Below the pieces are notes generated by a model. That model was not told the origin of the DNA. It saw nothing but the letters and a program-made list of their open reading frames with translations, and did no database searches. Positions 12,400 to 26,034 of a stretch of DNA of 63,986 nucleotides are shown here, in pieces. The stretch is from Carcharhinus longimanus (lineage: Eukaryota): NCBI GenBank assembly GCA_030264375.1, contig JASCQW010000001.1, forward strand, positions 105,831,918-105,895,903, read 5' to 3'. A program made the position numbers and the translations under genes. Position 1 is the stretch's first letter. Every line of letters begins with the position of its first letter.

Positions 12400-13200
12400 A
12401 CAGCATTTGAGGGTTAAAGCACATTTCTGAAGATGGCCACCTTGCAGCTAAGAATGAACAGAGGAACCTGCCAAGAGCATACAGACATGCTGTGTAGGAT
12501 TCTGTTAACTGCATCTCTTTCTACAACTGGTATTCAGTTTTGACTATTGGTGGAAGTGATGGTTCTTCTAGCGAGTGCAGCCACAGCCAAGTCCACAACA
12601 CCACAGATAGCTCAGCGGTAAAGTAACATCAGGAACACAACAGTGAGAGGGAATTCTATCATTAGGGGAAAAAAATGTGTTTCTTCAGTCACAGATGTTA
12701 TTCCAGGTTTGTTATTTCCTCCCTGGTGTCAAGATCTAGGCTGCCACAGGCTTGGCTACAAAGAACCCTGAAACAGAAAGATGAGTGATCAACAGTCGTG
12801 GTCATATTGGTATCAATGATGTAGATAGGAGGGATAAAGTCCTACAAGCAAATATTAGGGAGTTAGGAAGAGACAAGAAAGCAGGATCTTAAAGATGGTA
12901 ATCCCTGGATTACTCCTGGTGTCACATGCTTCTGAATATAGACATTTCAAGACAGAATGGATGAATACTTGGCTGGAGTGATGGTACACGTATTCCTGGA
13001 ACACTGGGGCCAGTTCTGAGGGAAATCTACATCAGCTGCACCTGAAAAGAACCAAGATGAATGTCCTTGTAGGATCAGTTGCTCACATTGTTCGGGAGGA
13101 TTTAAATTAAGTTGGCAGGGGAATTGGAGCCAGGATGCAGCATTAACAAGGAGAAATAAGGTTCAGATTGCACCAAGGTAAGAAATGGAAAGGCACTTGG
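12400..13200 (+). mobile_element. CR1 LINE ORF1 relic (SGNH esterase region)
   Basis: Decayed VVHIGTNDI-like (gtggtcatattggtatcaatgatgta) and VISGLLPV-like (gtaatccctggattactcctggtg) segments with many stops. Confidence 0.65.
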
Positions 13201-13759
13201 TGGGGTCAGACTAAAAGAGTGCATGTTTTAGAGTGCATGTATGCTAATATTCAAAGCAAAATATCTAAAGTTTTAAAATGAGGCACTTCTTATCTTGCAC
13301 TGTTGGCAACACCTCCACCAATCATAATCCACTTGCCAACCAATCAGCATTCCCTTCTCATACAATACAAATTGTTGTTTCCTCTTCTACTGGTATTATT
13401 GTGAAGTGTTTCGNNNNNNNNNNNNNNNNNNNNNNNNNNNNNNNNNNNNNNNNNNNNNNNNNNNNNNNNNNNNNNNNNNNNNNNNNNNNNNNNNNNNNNN
13501 NNNNNNNNNNNNNNNNNNNNNNNNNNNNNNNNNNNNNNNNNNNNNNNNNNNNNNNNNNNNNNNNNNNNNNNNNNNNNNNNNNNNNNNNNNNNNNNNNNNN
13601 NNNNNNNNNNNNNNNNNNNNNNNNNNNNNNNNNNNNNNNNNNNNNNNNNNNNNNNNNNNNNNNNNNNNNNNNNNNNNNNNNNNNNNNNNNNNNNNNNNNN
13701 NNNNNNNNNNNNNNNNNNNNNNNNNNNNNNNNNNNNNNNNNNNNNNNNNNNNNNNNNNN

Positions 13760-13830
13760 TCTTATTGAATGGCGGGGCAGGCTCGAAGGGCTAGTTGGCC
13801 TACTCCTGCTCCTATTTCTTATGTTCTTAT
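13760..13830 (+). mobile_element. Young CR1 3' tail next to an assembly gap
   Basis: cttattgaatggcggggcaggctcgaagggctagttggcctactcctgctcctatttcttatgttcttatg, nearly identical to 41734-41804. Confidence 0.85.
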
Positions 13831-14245
13831 GAAAGGGGAGGGGTGTGGGTCTGCAAGATGGAGAAGATGGGGAGTGGGACTGGAGAAGTGGAAAAATGGA
13901 AATAAGAAAAAAGGATGATAAAGATGAATGAATGAGATAAACAAAATTAAGTAAAATAAATGGAAATGGGGTGAAGGTGGAAGGGACAGTTCATGCTCTG
14001 AAGTTGTTGAACGCAATGCTCAGTCTGGAAGGCTGTAAAGTGCCCAATCAAAAGATGAGGTGCTGTTCCTTTAGTTTGCATTGGGGTTCACTTAAACATT
14101 GCACAAGGACGGACATATGGACGGAAGCGCAGGGTGGTGTGTTGAAGTGGCAAGCGACAGGGAAGTCTGGGTCCTGTTTGCGGACGGACTGAAGATGTTC
14201 AGCAAAGTGGTCGCCCAGACTGCGTTTGGTCTCTCCAATATAGAG
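13831..14245 (-). mobile_element. Penelope-like retroelement fragment encoding a GIY-YIG endonuclease C-terminus
   Basis: ORF 14048-14254(-) reads LYIGETKRSLGDHFAEHLQSVRKQDPDFPVACHFN...CKLKEQHLIF, showing the YIGET, R..EH and VA.HF motifs of PLE GIY-YIG domains. Confidence 0.85.
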
Positions 14246-14249
14246 GTAT

Positions 14250-16730
14250 ATCATGTCATGACAATCAGAGAGGTGGATGGGATAATAAATAGTCCTGTTT
14301 ACAATATGTTGATAAATAATAGGGAAAGAAAGAAAGGTGGATCAGAATACTATTATATTGCTGAAGAGAGAGAATATCCCCGAGGGATCAAGGACAGAAT
14401 CTATTTAGTTATTTTGAGAAAAAAATAGAGGTGATGTTATACTGCTGAGGGTATTCACTAGGCCATCAACTAACAAAAAAACAGGTAGATGAGCAAATTT
14501 GCAAGGAAATTTGTTGTGATCCTGTTGTGGACTGTTAATGCTTAAAGAACAATTAGTCAACAGGACTAGGCCACAGATGTTCATGTTTTAAGTAAAAACA
14601 AACTTCATTGTGTAGAAAGGGAAATTGAACAAAATAAACACGACTAACTTAACATAGTAGCTATAGTATAAACTCAGTTATACTTTCCAACCCCAGACTT
14701 CCTTGATTTTTCAAATTCTGGTAGGCTTACTCACTTTTCCTGGGACCAATCCAAAGATATGCCACAAGCCTCTAAAATTAATTTTAATTCTCAGTACTTC
14801 AGCTATCCTCTGAGGTAAGATTTATGGGAATCCTTCCAATTAGCTTCTTGGCTATACAATCCTCCACATTTTCTTTACTGACTTCATGATAGTGGATGCC
14901 ACATTTCCTTGTTTGGGTTGCTAGTAGATGTCCAACCGCCTCTCCACAGCTTTCCAAGCTAACCATTCTCAGTGCTTTTTGTTATTAGCCTCTGTGTGGA
15001 CCAATGGAAATTTTCTCTACTAGCTGTGTGCTACAGCAAATTTCCCAGCTGCTTTTCCCTCAAGAAATCTAAATTGAAATAAAGTCCCATCTGCATTCCA
15101 TGTAGTAAAAATTAGCATTTTCTCTGTTTGAAGAGCAGGCCTAAGTGATTATCAGCCCTGTTGGCTCCCTCAATCCAGTGAGCTACAGTCCACAACCCAG
15201 CATAGCTGCAACTAACTCTGTTACTTCCCCAAAATGAACTGTGTGCTTCTGTCAGCAAACACACAGAGATGAATGATACAAAAGTGCTTTCTAACCAAGG
15301 TTCCACTCTGATTCACTATTTCTATGACAACAGGGAGTGCTTTGGGATGATACTTACAGAAATGCAAACAAATTATGTTACCTTCAACATGACTCTTTGA
15401 TTCTGTAACTCATGTGAATAATTTATATTGCCAGTGGAGTTTTAGGTCCCTTTTCCCAGAATTACTGCCCCTGTCAGGAAACTTACTTGTTTACAAACTG
15501 GTTTTACCTTCTTTTGATCTGAGAACCAGGTACATAATGTAAATATTTGCTTAGATCCATTCCAATCCCAGAGGTGGGCCTTTCGTTGTTCAAGTTTTAC
15601 ATTTCTCCTTCTGACATCGTAATGTTAAATGTAGGACAGCATTTAACTGTAATTAACTCCAGGCTTCTTAGAAGTGCATTTATGTGAGATGCCAACCAAT
15701 TTATTAACCAGATATCCTATTAATCCACAGTTAGAACCATAGAACCATTGAATCCTACCATGCAGACAGAGGTCATTCGATCGATTGAGTTTGCGCCATC
15801 TATCCAAAAGAGCATCTCACGTAGGCTTTCTCCTCTGCCCTATCCTCGTAACCCCATGCATTTGTCATGGCTAGTCCATCTTACCTTCACATCTCTGGAC
15901 TTTAAGTTAAACCTTTAATTCCTAAGACTAAAAGTTATATTCCAAACTGTATGAAGTACAAACTAGGTGCTGGCATATATTTAAAAAGAGATGCAAATGA
16001 GGCATTTTAATTAGTCATTGTAAGCTGGGATAGTAACAGTAAAAAGCAGAGGGGAAAGAGTTTTGAAAATTATTCAGGAGAATTCCCATCCTGATGAGGA
16101 AGAAGGCATTGCAGGATTAGATTCTGGAGAATGAGGTGGGTCAGTTGGATCAGAAGTCAGTAGTGGAACATTTAAAGAACAATAATCATGCCATCATTAG
16201 GTCCAGTTTCACTATGGAAAAAGACTGTGTACAATCTAGAGTAAAGTGGAGGAGCACTAATGTCAATGGGTAAGAATGGATCCGTCCCAGATGAACTGGA
16301 ACAGAAAATTCTCTGGCAAAACTGTAACAGAACAATGGGCTGCTTTTAAAGAGAGGTCTGGTTACAGATAAGGTACATTCCAAAGAGGAGTAAAGCTAAG
16401 GCAACCAAAATTAGAGCTCACTGGATGGCAAGAGAGATGGATATTAAGATGAAGCACAATAAAAGGTGTATAGAACAGGGGGCAAATTGATAATACATTT
16501 GAATATCAGACTGAATATCGAAAGTTCAGAGGGGAAGTGAGAAAGGAAATAAAAAAGACAAAGAGGGAGCATGGGAAGAAACTTGCAACTAGCATTAAAG
16601 AGGATTCAAAAAGTCTTCTACAGGCACATAAATAGTCAGAGAAAGGAAGGGGATAAATAGGGTCCAAAATGGAAGCTACGCATGGAGGTCGAGGACATGG
16701 CTGAAGTACTAAGTATTTATTTTGCTTCAG
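14250..16730 (+). mobile_element. CR1 ORF2 (endonuclease region) relic, split by nested insertions at ~14512-15960
   Basis: CR1-like sequence to ...gagcaaatttgcaaggaaatt resumes at ~15990 (ttttaattag...ctgggatagtaacagt). The intervening block starts tgttgtgat and includes a SINE tail at ~15735-15900. Confidence 0.6.
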
Positions 16731-17004
16731 CTATCATAGTTTGGAATATTTCTTACTATTATCAAACCCCCTAAATGGTCAAATATTACGTATCTTCAGT
16801 AAATCATGCCCAGTTTTGCTCTAATATATGAACTTATAAACAATGATCGACAGGAAAAGATTTGCTGGTCCATTCAGCCTGTCTCACTCAATGAGACACT
16901 TTGTGCATTGCAATCCATACACTCTACAATACACCAAAAACAATATGATTTCCCAGGAGAAGCAAAAGTTCAGAAAAACATCTCAGCCAAACTGGAATCT
17001 ATTG

Positions 17005-18020
17005 CATCATAGAATAGGCACAGCACAGATGGAAACTATTCATTCTGTCATATCTGTGCCAAGTCTCTGCGTGTGCAAATCATCTAGACCCACTCTCACG
17101 CCTTTTCCCCATTGTCCTACACATTTTTTCCCTCAGGTAACAATCCAATTTTCTTTTGAAGGCTACGATTGAATCTGCCCCCACCATAATCTCAAACAAT
17201 TCATTATAAACTCTAACCACTTGCTGTATAAAAACATTTTCCTTATATTGTCAATTTGTTTCTGGACAATCCCCTTAAATCAGTGTCCTCCAGTTCTCAA
17301 ACCTTTCACCGATGGAATAGTTTCTCCCCATCAAATCTATCCAGACTTTCATCCTTTTGAACACCTCCATCAAACCTCCCCTTAATCTTCTCTCCTCTGG
17401 GGAAATCTNNNNNNNNNNNNNNNNNNNNNNNNNNNNNNNNNNNNNNNNNNNNNNNNNNNNNNNNNNNNNNNNNNNNNNNNNNNNNNNNNNNNNNNNNNNN
17501 NNNNNNNNCTTCTCTCCTCTGGGGAAATCTTTCCCAGATTCTCCAATCTCATTTCTGGAACCATTGTTGTGAATCCCACTGCACTCTCTATTGCCTTCAT
17601 GGCTTTCCTAAAGTCATGCTGCTTAAAACAGAACACAATATATCTATTGAGGTTGAACCATTGTATTATACATGCTCATCATACTTCCTTGCTTTTGTAT
17701 AATATGTGCTTATTTATAAAACCCAGGGTCCCAAATGCTTGCTTCCTCAAGCTACCCTGCCCCTTCAATGATTTGTACACATATACCTGTAAATCTTTTG
17801 GCTCCTGCAACATCTTTAGAATTGTACCTTTATCCTGTATTGTTTATCTTCATCACTTCTACCAAGATGAATCACTCCATAGTTCTTTGCAATAAGTCAT
17901 CTTCTAATTGTTGGCCGTTTTCATCAACCTACCTATGTCTTCTTGACGTTTATCCTCCCTGCAGTTCATTATGCTTCGAGATTTCGCATCATCCACAAAC
18001 TTTGAAATTGGTCCCTGAAT
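17005..18020 (-). mobile_element. CR1 LINE 3' portion, decayed
   Basis: Tail catcatagaataggcacagcacagatgg followed by reverse-strand RT C-terminal remnants (ttttgaacacctccatcaaacctcccctt). Confidence 0.7.
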
Positions 18021-18245
18021 TTTCTTAGCTTCCTGAGAAAATAGAGATGTTGGGGGGCTTTCTTAACTATAGCGTTAGCATGGAAATACCACTGTTGCTC
18101 AGAACCTGAGTAAACCTTCCCCAACTCCACCCTCCCACCTCAGCCCACCATGAATAACCTTTCTGTTTAATGTTTGGATGTAGAAAAAGTAAATATCAAA
18201 AATAAAATGCACGTTTATCATAAAAAGCCCATGCTGTTGCCACCT

Positions 18246-18373
18246 GGGCTAGAAGTTTACTATTCTGCCCGCCACAGGAACCAGAGCAGGCAAAGGGTGG
18301 ACCATGGATAGGTCTGTTGACTTTGGGTGGGATTTTACGGTTTCAGGACAAGTGAGGCCATAAAATCCTGCCC
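18246..18373. mobile_element. ~125-bp Harbinger-type MITE (family with several copies in the window)
   Basis: Termini gggctagaagtttac...taaaatcctgccc and internal gggtgggattttac. Homologous to 39945-40070, 40339-40451, 54034-54133 and 55251-55367. Confidence 0.65.
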
Positions 18374-19205
18374 ATGAGTCTAACTTGGGAGAAATAATTC
18401 CTGAAATGGAAGGTATTACAGATAGGAATGAGAGAGAGCACTGAAACCCATATCCTCTACTGCCTGTAATCAGTATGTTACTGGAAAGGAAAGTAGGTAT
18501 GTTTCTCAACCTTTGAGTGTTTCAATTCATGGATTTAAATAAAGAGGATTATTCGTTCAAGCAGTCATTCCAAAAGTCTAAATGCTACATCACTCACTCA
18601 TACATCCTCAAGAGAGATACAGTTCAAGAAGATAATGCACTTATAGAAGTTGTGGGCAAAAGCATAGTTCATAGTTTGCATGTTTGGCTCGTTATGGGTG
18701 TTAAGGGCCTGTTGAAGAAGTTAGTTCACTCTGAAAGTGTACTCTAAATTGTTTCAATAGCTGGAGTCATACTTCAGTGTTGTAGCTGGATTCCCTTAAG
18801 GAGATGGCTTTTTATTTTTAGCAGATTACAAAATTGCTTACTTCTGGTTTTCTTCCCAGGAGGTCAGGTTTCCATTCTTGTGGATTTTGAAAATGTTTGG
18901 CTAGATGACTTAAAGATGCAGTAATCTCCAATTTGTTAAAAGAAAGTATGTATGCTACTGCCTTTTACTGCAGCCGCTCTTTCTTGCTACGTTCTTGGCA
19001 AGCTGGCCAATTCCTCTCTGGTTTTGGGAAAATAGATGTATTATTTGAAGACTGTTCTGGTCACATGATCAGCTGCTCTTGTCCACCTGGAACCATTTGA
19101 TAGTCCAAAGGTATTACTACACAATGGGAGATAAGTGATACTTCACAGATACTTGTGATTATTCGTTTCTTTAGCCCTCTTTTTTAAATGTCAAGCTCAG
19201 ATGTT

Positions 19206-20181
19206 GGGCCCAATTTTATCATCAAGTTGCGCCCATTTTTGGGAGCGAAAACTTGGTAAAGTCAGGTGTGAGGCAGGTAGCACAATTCGTGCCCGCTTCC
19301 ATGTCGGTTCCCCCTTCACCAAGGGCTGAAAATGGCCGCCTTCGGGACAACACTTGAAACGGGCACAATGTCAATTTAAATTAGGTCAATTTGCATGCAT
19401 TTAAATTGACATAATGGGCTGCATGCCCAAACTTACTGCCACTTCCCCCTTTACAATTGCGTTCGCACATCCAGGGTGCAGGGGAGCAGGGTGGCAGGGG
19501 GATGTCCGCTGCCACTCTGTGTGTGTGATCGGTGGGAGGAAAGAGCACTCCGTTGCCATTCTATGTGTGTTGGTGCGGCGGAAGTCGGGGGGGGAGGGGT
19601 TTTCTGCCAGTCTGTGTGTGATCAGTGGGGAGAATAGGGACTCCGCTGCCACTGTAAATGTGATCGGTGGGGGGAAGGGGGATCCACTGCTACTCTGCAT
19701 GATCAGACCCTTGTGGACCATGTCTAGTTTGCGCCGAATCTGGACACACGAATGCGATTGTAAAGAGGGAAGTGACAGTAAGTTTGCGCGTGCAGCCCAT
19801 TATGTCAATTTAATTGTATGTAAATACATTTGCATACATTTAAATACAGGGGGGCAGGGGCCCACGATCAACCTGGGTGGCAGGGAGGTGGGAGACATGT
19901 GGGAGGCATTATCTGGCTCGGGAGCGATGCGGCAGGGGAGTGTTTCTCTATCATTTCTTTTCCTGCGGATGTGCAGTTGGAGGCACCGATCAGAGCTGCA
20001 GGGTTTCTGGCAGGATAAGCCCTGCCTGTAGGTTTCTGCAGCGTGATTCAGAATTGCTGCTATTTTTTCAGGCAGAGTATATATAGGAGGGTGCCTGAGA
20101 ATGGGTCTGTAGGTCGGATCTGAAATACTCCCAGTTTCAAATCCGCCCAGCATTTAGAATTAAAATGGTAAAATAGGGCTC
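19206..20181. mobile_element. Non-autonomous DNA transposon (PIF/Harbinger-like), ~975 bp
   Basis: TIRs gggcccaattttatcat / atggtaaaatagggctc, with an internal ~100-bp inverted repeat and an internal minisatellite. Confidence 0.7.
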
Positions 20182-21399
20182 AGTGGATCTAGGAGTCCAC
20201 AGATTTTCAATCTTGAGTAAACAGCAAACAATAACAGGTGTACATCCCACAGATGGATTTTGTTTTGGTAAATCCATTCAAGCGTGAGGGGCCCCCACTC
20301 ATGGTTATTTAATCAGGAACATTCCAGAGGCTTGACGTAGAAATTGCAAAAGTCACCTGACCCTTAGCAGCCATTTTAGCAATCTGGTTAGTATACATTT
20401 TTAAATAAAGGACAGTTCCAGAAAATTATGTACTGAATGTAGTCCATGTTTAATGATATGTGTAGGAGATGCCTTCATTAGACATGACAGAAGAGAAAAC
20501 CATTGAAGTCTAAAAAGAAGCATACTGTATCTCCCCCAAATTCTGTGAGTCTATGAGTTGAGAGAAAGTTGCAGCATGGAAATTGTAGTTTTCCCCACGT
20601 TACTATGAAACAATATCAGGATGCACCACATCACCAGATCACAGGAGAATCTGGTACAAAAGGCCAGTGGTGTTTTGGGTCATATAATGACTTGAAGCTA
20701 ATTTTAGTATTTGAGCGGCTAACCGGTGAAGTATGATAGCATTCCATCCAGTCAAAGGGCAAAGAGGCTGGAATCTTTGCATTGAACCAGTGAACGATGG
20801 ATACCAATCAGGTATCCAGAACCAAATTGCCAGATTTAATTATTAGGCACCTCAGATGTTCAAGCTCGAAGCGAGGTCTCTTCAGGGAATTGGTGGGGGA
20901 GTGGCGGGGGTGGGGGNNNNNNNNNNNNNNNNNNNNNNNNNNNNNNNNNNNNNNNNNNNNNNNNNNNNNNNNNNNNNNNNNNNNNNNNNNNNNNNNNNNN
21001 NNNNNNNNNNNNNNNNNNNNNNNNNNNNNNNNNNNNNNNNNNNNNNNNNNNNNNNNNNNNNNNNNNNNNNNNNNNNNNNNNNNNNNNNNNNNNNNNNNNN
21101 NNNNNNNNNNNNNNNNNNNNNNNNNNNNNNNNNNNNNNNNNNNNNNNNNNNNNNNNNNNNNNNNNNNNNNNNNNNNNNNNNNNNNNNNNNNNNNNNNNNN
21201 NNNNNNNNNNNNNNNNNNNNNNNNNNNNNNNNNNCAGTATATTGGCAACTCTTAATAAGGCTGGCAAAAACTAAAGCAAAAAAACTGAATGTAGAAACAT
21301 GATTACATTGGATTATATAGGATACATGGCAGAAAAACAGGCCTTTTGGCTCAGCCAATCCACGATGGTGTCCATCTTTCTTCATCTAAACCTAAATTT

Positions 21400-21694
21400 A
21401 AGTTTACTTATTAGTGTCTCAAGTAGCCTTACATTAACACTGGAATGAAATTACTGTGAAAATCCCCTAGTCGCCACACTCTGGCGCCTGTTCAGCTACA
21501 CCGAGGGAAATTTAGGATGGCCAATGCACCTAACTAGCATACCTTTCTGACTTGGGAGGAAACAAGCATCTGGGTAAAACCCATGAAGATATGGGATAAC
21601 ATACAAACTCCATACAGACAGTGGCCCAAGCTGGGAATCGAATTCAGATCCCTAGCGCTGTGATACACCAGTGCTAACCACTGCACCACCATGC
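21400..21694 (-). mobile_element. HE1/V-SINE family copy, alternative-tail variant
   Basis: Tail ttacattaacactggaatgaaattactgtgaaaatcccctagtcgccacactc plus V-domain and tRNA head (gtgctaaccactgcaccacc). Confidence 0.85.
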
Positions 21695-22349
21695 TATCCA
21701 TATCTATCAATAAATCCATTATTTCCTTGTCTCTCAAATGCATCTATGCTATTTGTTTTAACCACTCCCAGTGGTAGCAAGTTTCACATTCCCATCACTC
21801 TATGGGTGAATTATTTTGCATTTCCTTTTTGGAGTTCTCAGTGGCCACTTATATTCTAGTTGTGCTCTTCCCCCCACGAAGAAAAATTTTCTCTTTACCC
21901 ATTGCACCAAAACCTTTCATAATCTTAAAGAACTCTCTTAGACCACCTCACAGTTTTCTGTTTTCAAGACAAGAGACCGGGCTATAAATCCTTTCCTAAT
22001 GAGTACAAGATGAGTCTACAAGCAAGCTTTGGTGCAGCCAATATTTTGTTTCATAGCTGCTGAAGTGATAGTGCTGCATGAGCTTGTTCTTTGTATTTGT
22101 TCATGGGATGTGGGTTGTAGTCAACAAGGTCAGCCATTATTGCCTATCCCTAATTGAACTTGAACTAGGCATGGTGAGCTGTCTTCATAAACTGCGGTCC
22201 TTCTAGCGTACGTACACCCACAGTGCTGCTAGGGAAGGAGCTCCATGATTTTACCCAGCAATAGTAAAGGAATAGTGATGTCTTTCCAACTCAGGATGGT
22301 GTTTTTTAAAGCAAAACTTACAAGTGGTTGGGTGTTCTTATGCACCTGT

Positions 22350-23370
22350 GCAATGAAACATGGTTGATTAGTGACCTCATAATTAATGATCTACTGGCAA
22401 ATAGTGATCACAATACAGTTGAATTCTGCATTAAGATTGAAACCAACATACCCCAATGACAAACAAGAGCCCTAGACTTAAACAAAGCTGTTTACATAGG
22501 TATGAGGGAGTGCTGGCCATGACTAAATGGGTAAGTAAAAGACATGGCAGTATATAGATAACAGAGCAGATTTAAAGAAGGAACTCAAAACATTTAACGA
22601 AAATATATTCCATTGAAATACAAAAGCTCAGTGAGAAAATCCATCCATGACTAATGTTCGGTTAAAAGAAGAGGCATGTAATGTTCAGAGAACAGTCCTA
22701 TGTCTGAGGATTGGGAGTGTTTTAGAAACCAGCAAAGGACCACCAACAAGTCGATAAAAAGGGCAGGGGGAATAGATTTTAAGAGAGAACTAGTGAGGAA
22801 TTTAGAGGCGGAGACAAGAGAAATCATCAAGGAGAATGAGGCAATGAAGCAATGAACAAATATTTTAGGTCTGCCTTCACCATTGAAAAGACAAGTTATA
22901 TACTAATAATGGAAGTTAACCTAGAGGCTAATATGAGCGAGGAACTAAGGGTAATTAATATCAACAAAGAAAAACTACTGGAGAAACTTAAGAGAGTAAA
23001 AGCTGATAAATCTTCAGGATCTGATGGCCTACATCATATGGTTCTACAAGAGATACTAAATGCAATGGTTATGATTTTCCAAAATTTTCCTATATTCCAG
23101 AAAGTTCCCAGTAGATTAGGGTTAGCAAATATAACAAGAAAGGAGGGAAGAGGAAATAGGGAACTAAAGACCAGTTAGCCTGATATCAGTTGCCTGGAAA
23201 ATGTTGGAATCTATTATTATGGAAGTCCTAACAATGTATTTAGAAAATCATATGATCAGGTAAATTCATCCAAGAAGGCAAGGGATATGAAACTAAAGAT
23301 CATCAATGGTTATATTGAAAATTGGAACAGGCTTGGTGGACTGTAAAGTCTACTCCTGTTTGTATTCCAG
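22350..23370 (+). mobile_element. CR1 LINE ORF2 relic
   Basis: ORF 22852-23178 reads NKYFRSAFT...LKRVKADKSSGSDGLHHMVLQE, the CR1 KSPGPDG motif; SDHN-like atagtgatcacaat upstream. Confidence 0.8.
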
Positions 23371-23379
23371 TTATTGCAT

Positions 23380-25300
23380 TCTGATTCTCTGCTGTTTTCG
23401 TCCTTCTTGGTGGCAGAGATTGCGGGTTCGAAAAGTTGAAGTTGTATTGGTGCCATGAATCTTATTTATGATACATGCTGTTTTCACTGTGCATCAGTAA
23501 ACAATTAAAGTGTGGATAGGATATACAATCAGTGGACTGCTTTGCCTTGGATGATGTCAAGCTTTTTGAGTGTTGTTGGAGCTGCACTCATACAAGTAAG
23601 TGCACAGTTTGAATCAAACTCCTGACCTGGTAAATATTATAATCTAACCAATGGTAACATGCAGTGAGTGTCAGCTGACCAGATGACTCGTTAGACAGGG
23701 TAACCAATGTCAAAATGATGTGGCGGTGAGCTGACAAGGTATAAATAAAAAGCAGATGGGGATTGTGAGGAGGCCTAAGTGGTGGTGAAATGAAGTTTCT
23801 TTATTAAACTTTTACTTTGTGAAGTTAGTTCTTTTATTGTTTGCTACTGGAGTATTCTTACTGCTGCATAAACAGTAAATAGTGGACAGGTTTTGGAAGT
23901 TAGGAGGTGAGTTATTCACATCAAAATTACCAGCTGCAGAGTTTCTAGTTTTTGGCCTGCTCTTGTAGTCATGTTAATAATGTGGCTGGTCCAGATCAGT
24001 TTCTGGTCAGTGGTAACCCCTTGGATCGTGATCTATGTTTTAGCAATGGTAATTTCATTAAAATATCCAGGGTAGATGATTGTTACCTGCCAATTATAAG
24101 TCCAAGCCTGAATGCTGTCAAGGCTTACTGTGTGTGGCATGGATTAGTCCATTAATTGAGGAGTTGCAAATGGTAGTGAACACAATTATTAGTAAACATT
24201 CCCATCTTTGACTATATGAACAATGAAGGTCATTGATAAAATAGTTGAAGATGGTTGGACCAAAGACACTGCCCTGAGGGAGTCCTGCAGCAATGTCCTG
24301 GGTTTGAAATGATTGGCCTCCAAGAATTACAACCATCTTCTTTTATGCTATTTGTTACTCCAGCCATTAGAGATTTTTCCCCCGATTTGAAATTGCTAGA
24401 GCTCTTTGTCACACTGAGTCAAATTCTGCTTTGGTGTCAAGGCAGAATTTTCATCTCAGTTTTAGAAGTTAGCACTTCTGTCCATGATTGAATAAAAGCT
24501 GTAATGTCAGGAGTTGATTAGTCCTGGCAGAACCCCACATGAGTGCCAGAGCAGGTAAATGCTACTTGATAACACTGTCAATGGCACGTTCAATCACTTT
24601 GCTGCTAATTGGGAGTTGACCGATGGGGTGATAAATGGCCGGCATTGAATTTGTCCTGCTTTTAGTGGACAGAACATATCAGGATAATTTCCCACATTTC
24701 AAGGTAGACACATGTTGTAACTGTACTGGCTAGGGATAAGGCAAGTACCATTGTTGGAATGGTCTCATCTGTAATATCCAGGTCCTTGAAAACTGGCTTC
24801 TATAATCCTGGGGACCTCAAGAACAGGCCAAGATGAATCATCCACTTGGCATTTCTCCCTCTTCCAGTTAATTATTTAATTGTCCACCACCTATCATGGC
24901 TGAATGGGCTAAGTCTGCTGAGCTTCAATTTGGTTTGTTCTTTCAGGGATCACTTAGTCCTGTGTATCACATGCTGCTTCCATTGTTTGGCATACAAGTA
25001 GTCATGTGTTGTAGCTTCACTAGGTTTTAGTTCTGCCCGTGCTTCTCTTGACATGCCCTCTTGCACTCTTCATTGAACCAGTATTGACCCCTGTCTTGAT
25101 GGTAATGATAGTCTGGGGGACAAGCCGGGCCATGAGGTTACAGATTGTGATTGGATACAATTCTGCTGATGGCCCACAGCACCTCATGGATGCCCAGGTT
25201 TGAGTTGCTAGATCTGTTCAAAATCTATTCCGATGGTAGTGTGACATAGCATGGTGGAGGGGATCCTCAATATGTGAAAATCCACATCACTCCTGCCAAT
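23380..25300 (-). mobile_element. L2/CR1-group LINE relic (RT and endonuclease)
   Basis: ORF 24118-24336(-) reads DIAAGLPQGSVFGPTIFNYFINDL, an RT PQGSVLGP motif. Confidence 0.8.
23635..23874 (+). mobile_element. Solo LTR-like insertion (240 bp) nested in the LINE
   Basis: 5-bp TSD GTAAA at 23630-23634 and 23875-23879. Ends are tattat...ataaaca (decayed TGTTAT...ATAACA). Internal CCAAT, TATAAATA and ATTAAA. The LINE sequence is continuous across it. Confidence 0.65.
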
Positions 25301-26034
25301 TCTACTGGAACTTCTGTACCATCACCTACAAGACTGATTCATCTTGGCATGCCTATCTCACCATTTGATGTTAACACCACTAGAAAAGTGAATTATACTG
25401 TCCATTGACCTCAATGAAGGAATGCCTCACTGGATTTTGATTCTGGACTCTGGACCCATGTGAAACAACACTTTTTCCCCCTGTGGTCTCTGCATGGTGA
25501 ATCTTTCTTTTCTTGACGATCCTTTTACTGTGTGAGTGCAAAGGAGGCAAAGTTGCTACCCTCCACTCACATATAAGTATGTGCTATTAAAATAATCTTT
25601 TGAGTTTGTTCTGTCTTGAGTTTGCTGTTATTAATAATCAAAAATTGAATCACACCAAATTCAACACTGCTTAAAAAGGGGAAAGCAAATCAAAAACACC
25701 TTTCTGTTTACTGATGGATGGCGGTGAGAGGAGAAAAATAGTGCAGTTTAAATTAAACCCCTTTGCTCCTGCCTGGAACACTCCAGTCAGTCCCTGTTAA
25801 CCTCCTAAAAAAACAAACTGTTAACGGTGTGCAAAAATGTGCAAAGAATCCTGAATGTCAATGTAATACTGATGGTAGGTTTTCTAACGATTCTTTCACC
25901 TTTGAGAATTCTACGCTCCATAAGCTTTTCAAAATTGAAAATGTTGCCAAACAATAGCTGGTGCGTAACAACACACACCAAGTTCCCAAGAATATTAATT
26001 CCACTAAGAGAGGAATAACAACACAACAGAACAA

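Noticed and set aside
14512-15332. Solo LTR bounded by tgttgtgat...atgacaaca
   Set aside because: The inverted ends are suggestive, but there is no matching TSD and the host CR1 resumes only at ~15990. Boundaries are not supportable, so it is not listed as a separate feature.
19414-20031. 205-aa ORF
   Set aside because: It lies within a non-autonomous transposon and its internal minisatellite, with no recognisable domain.
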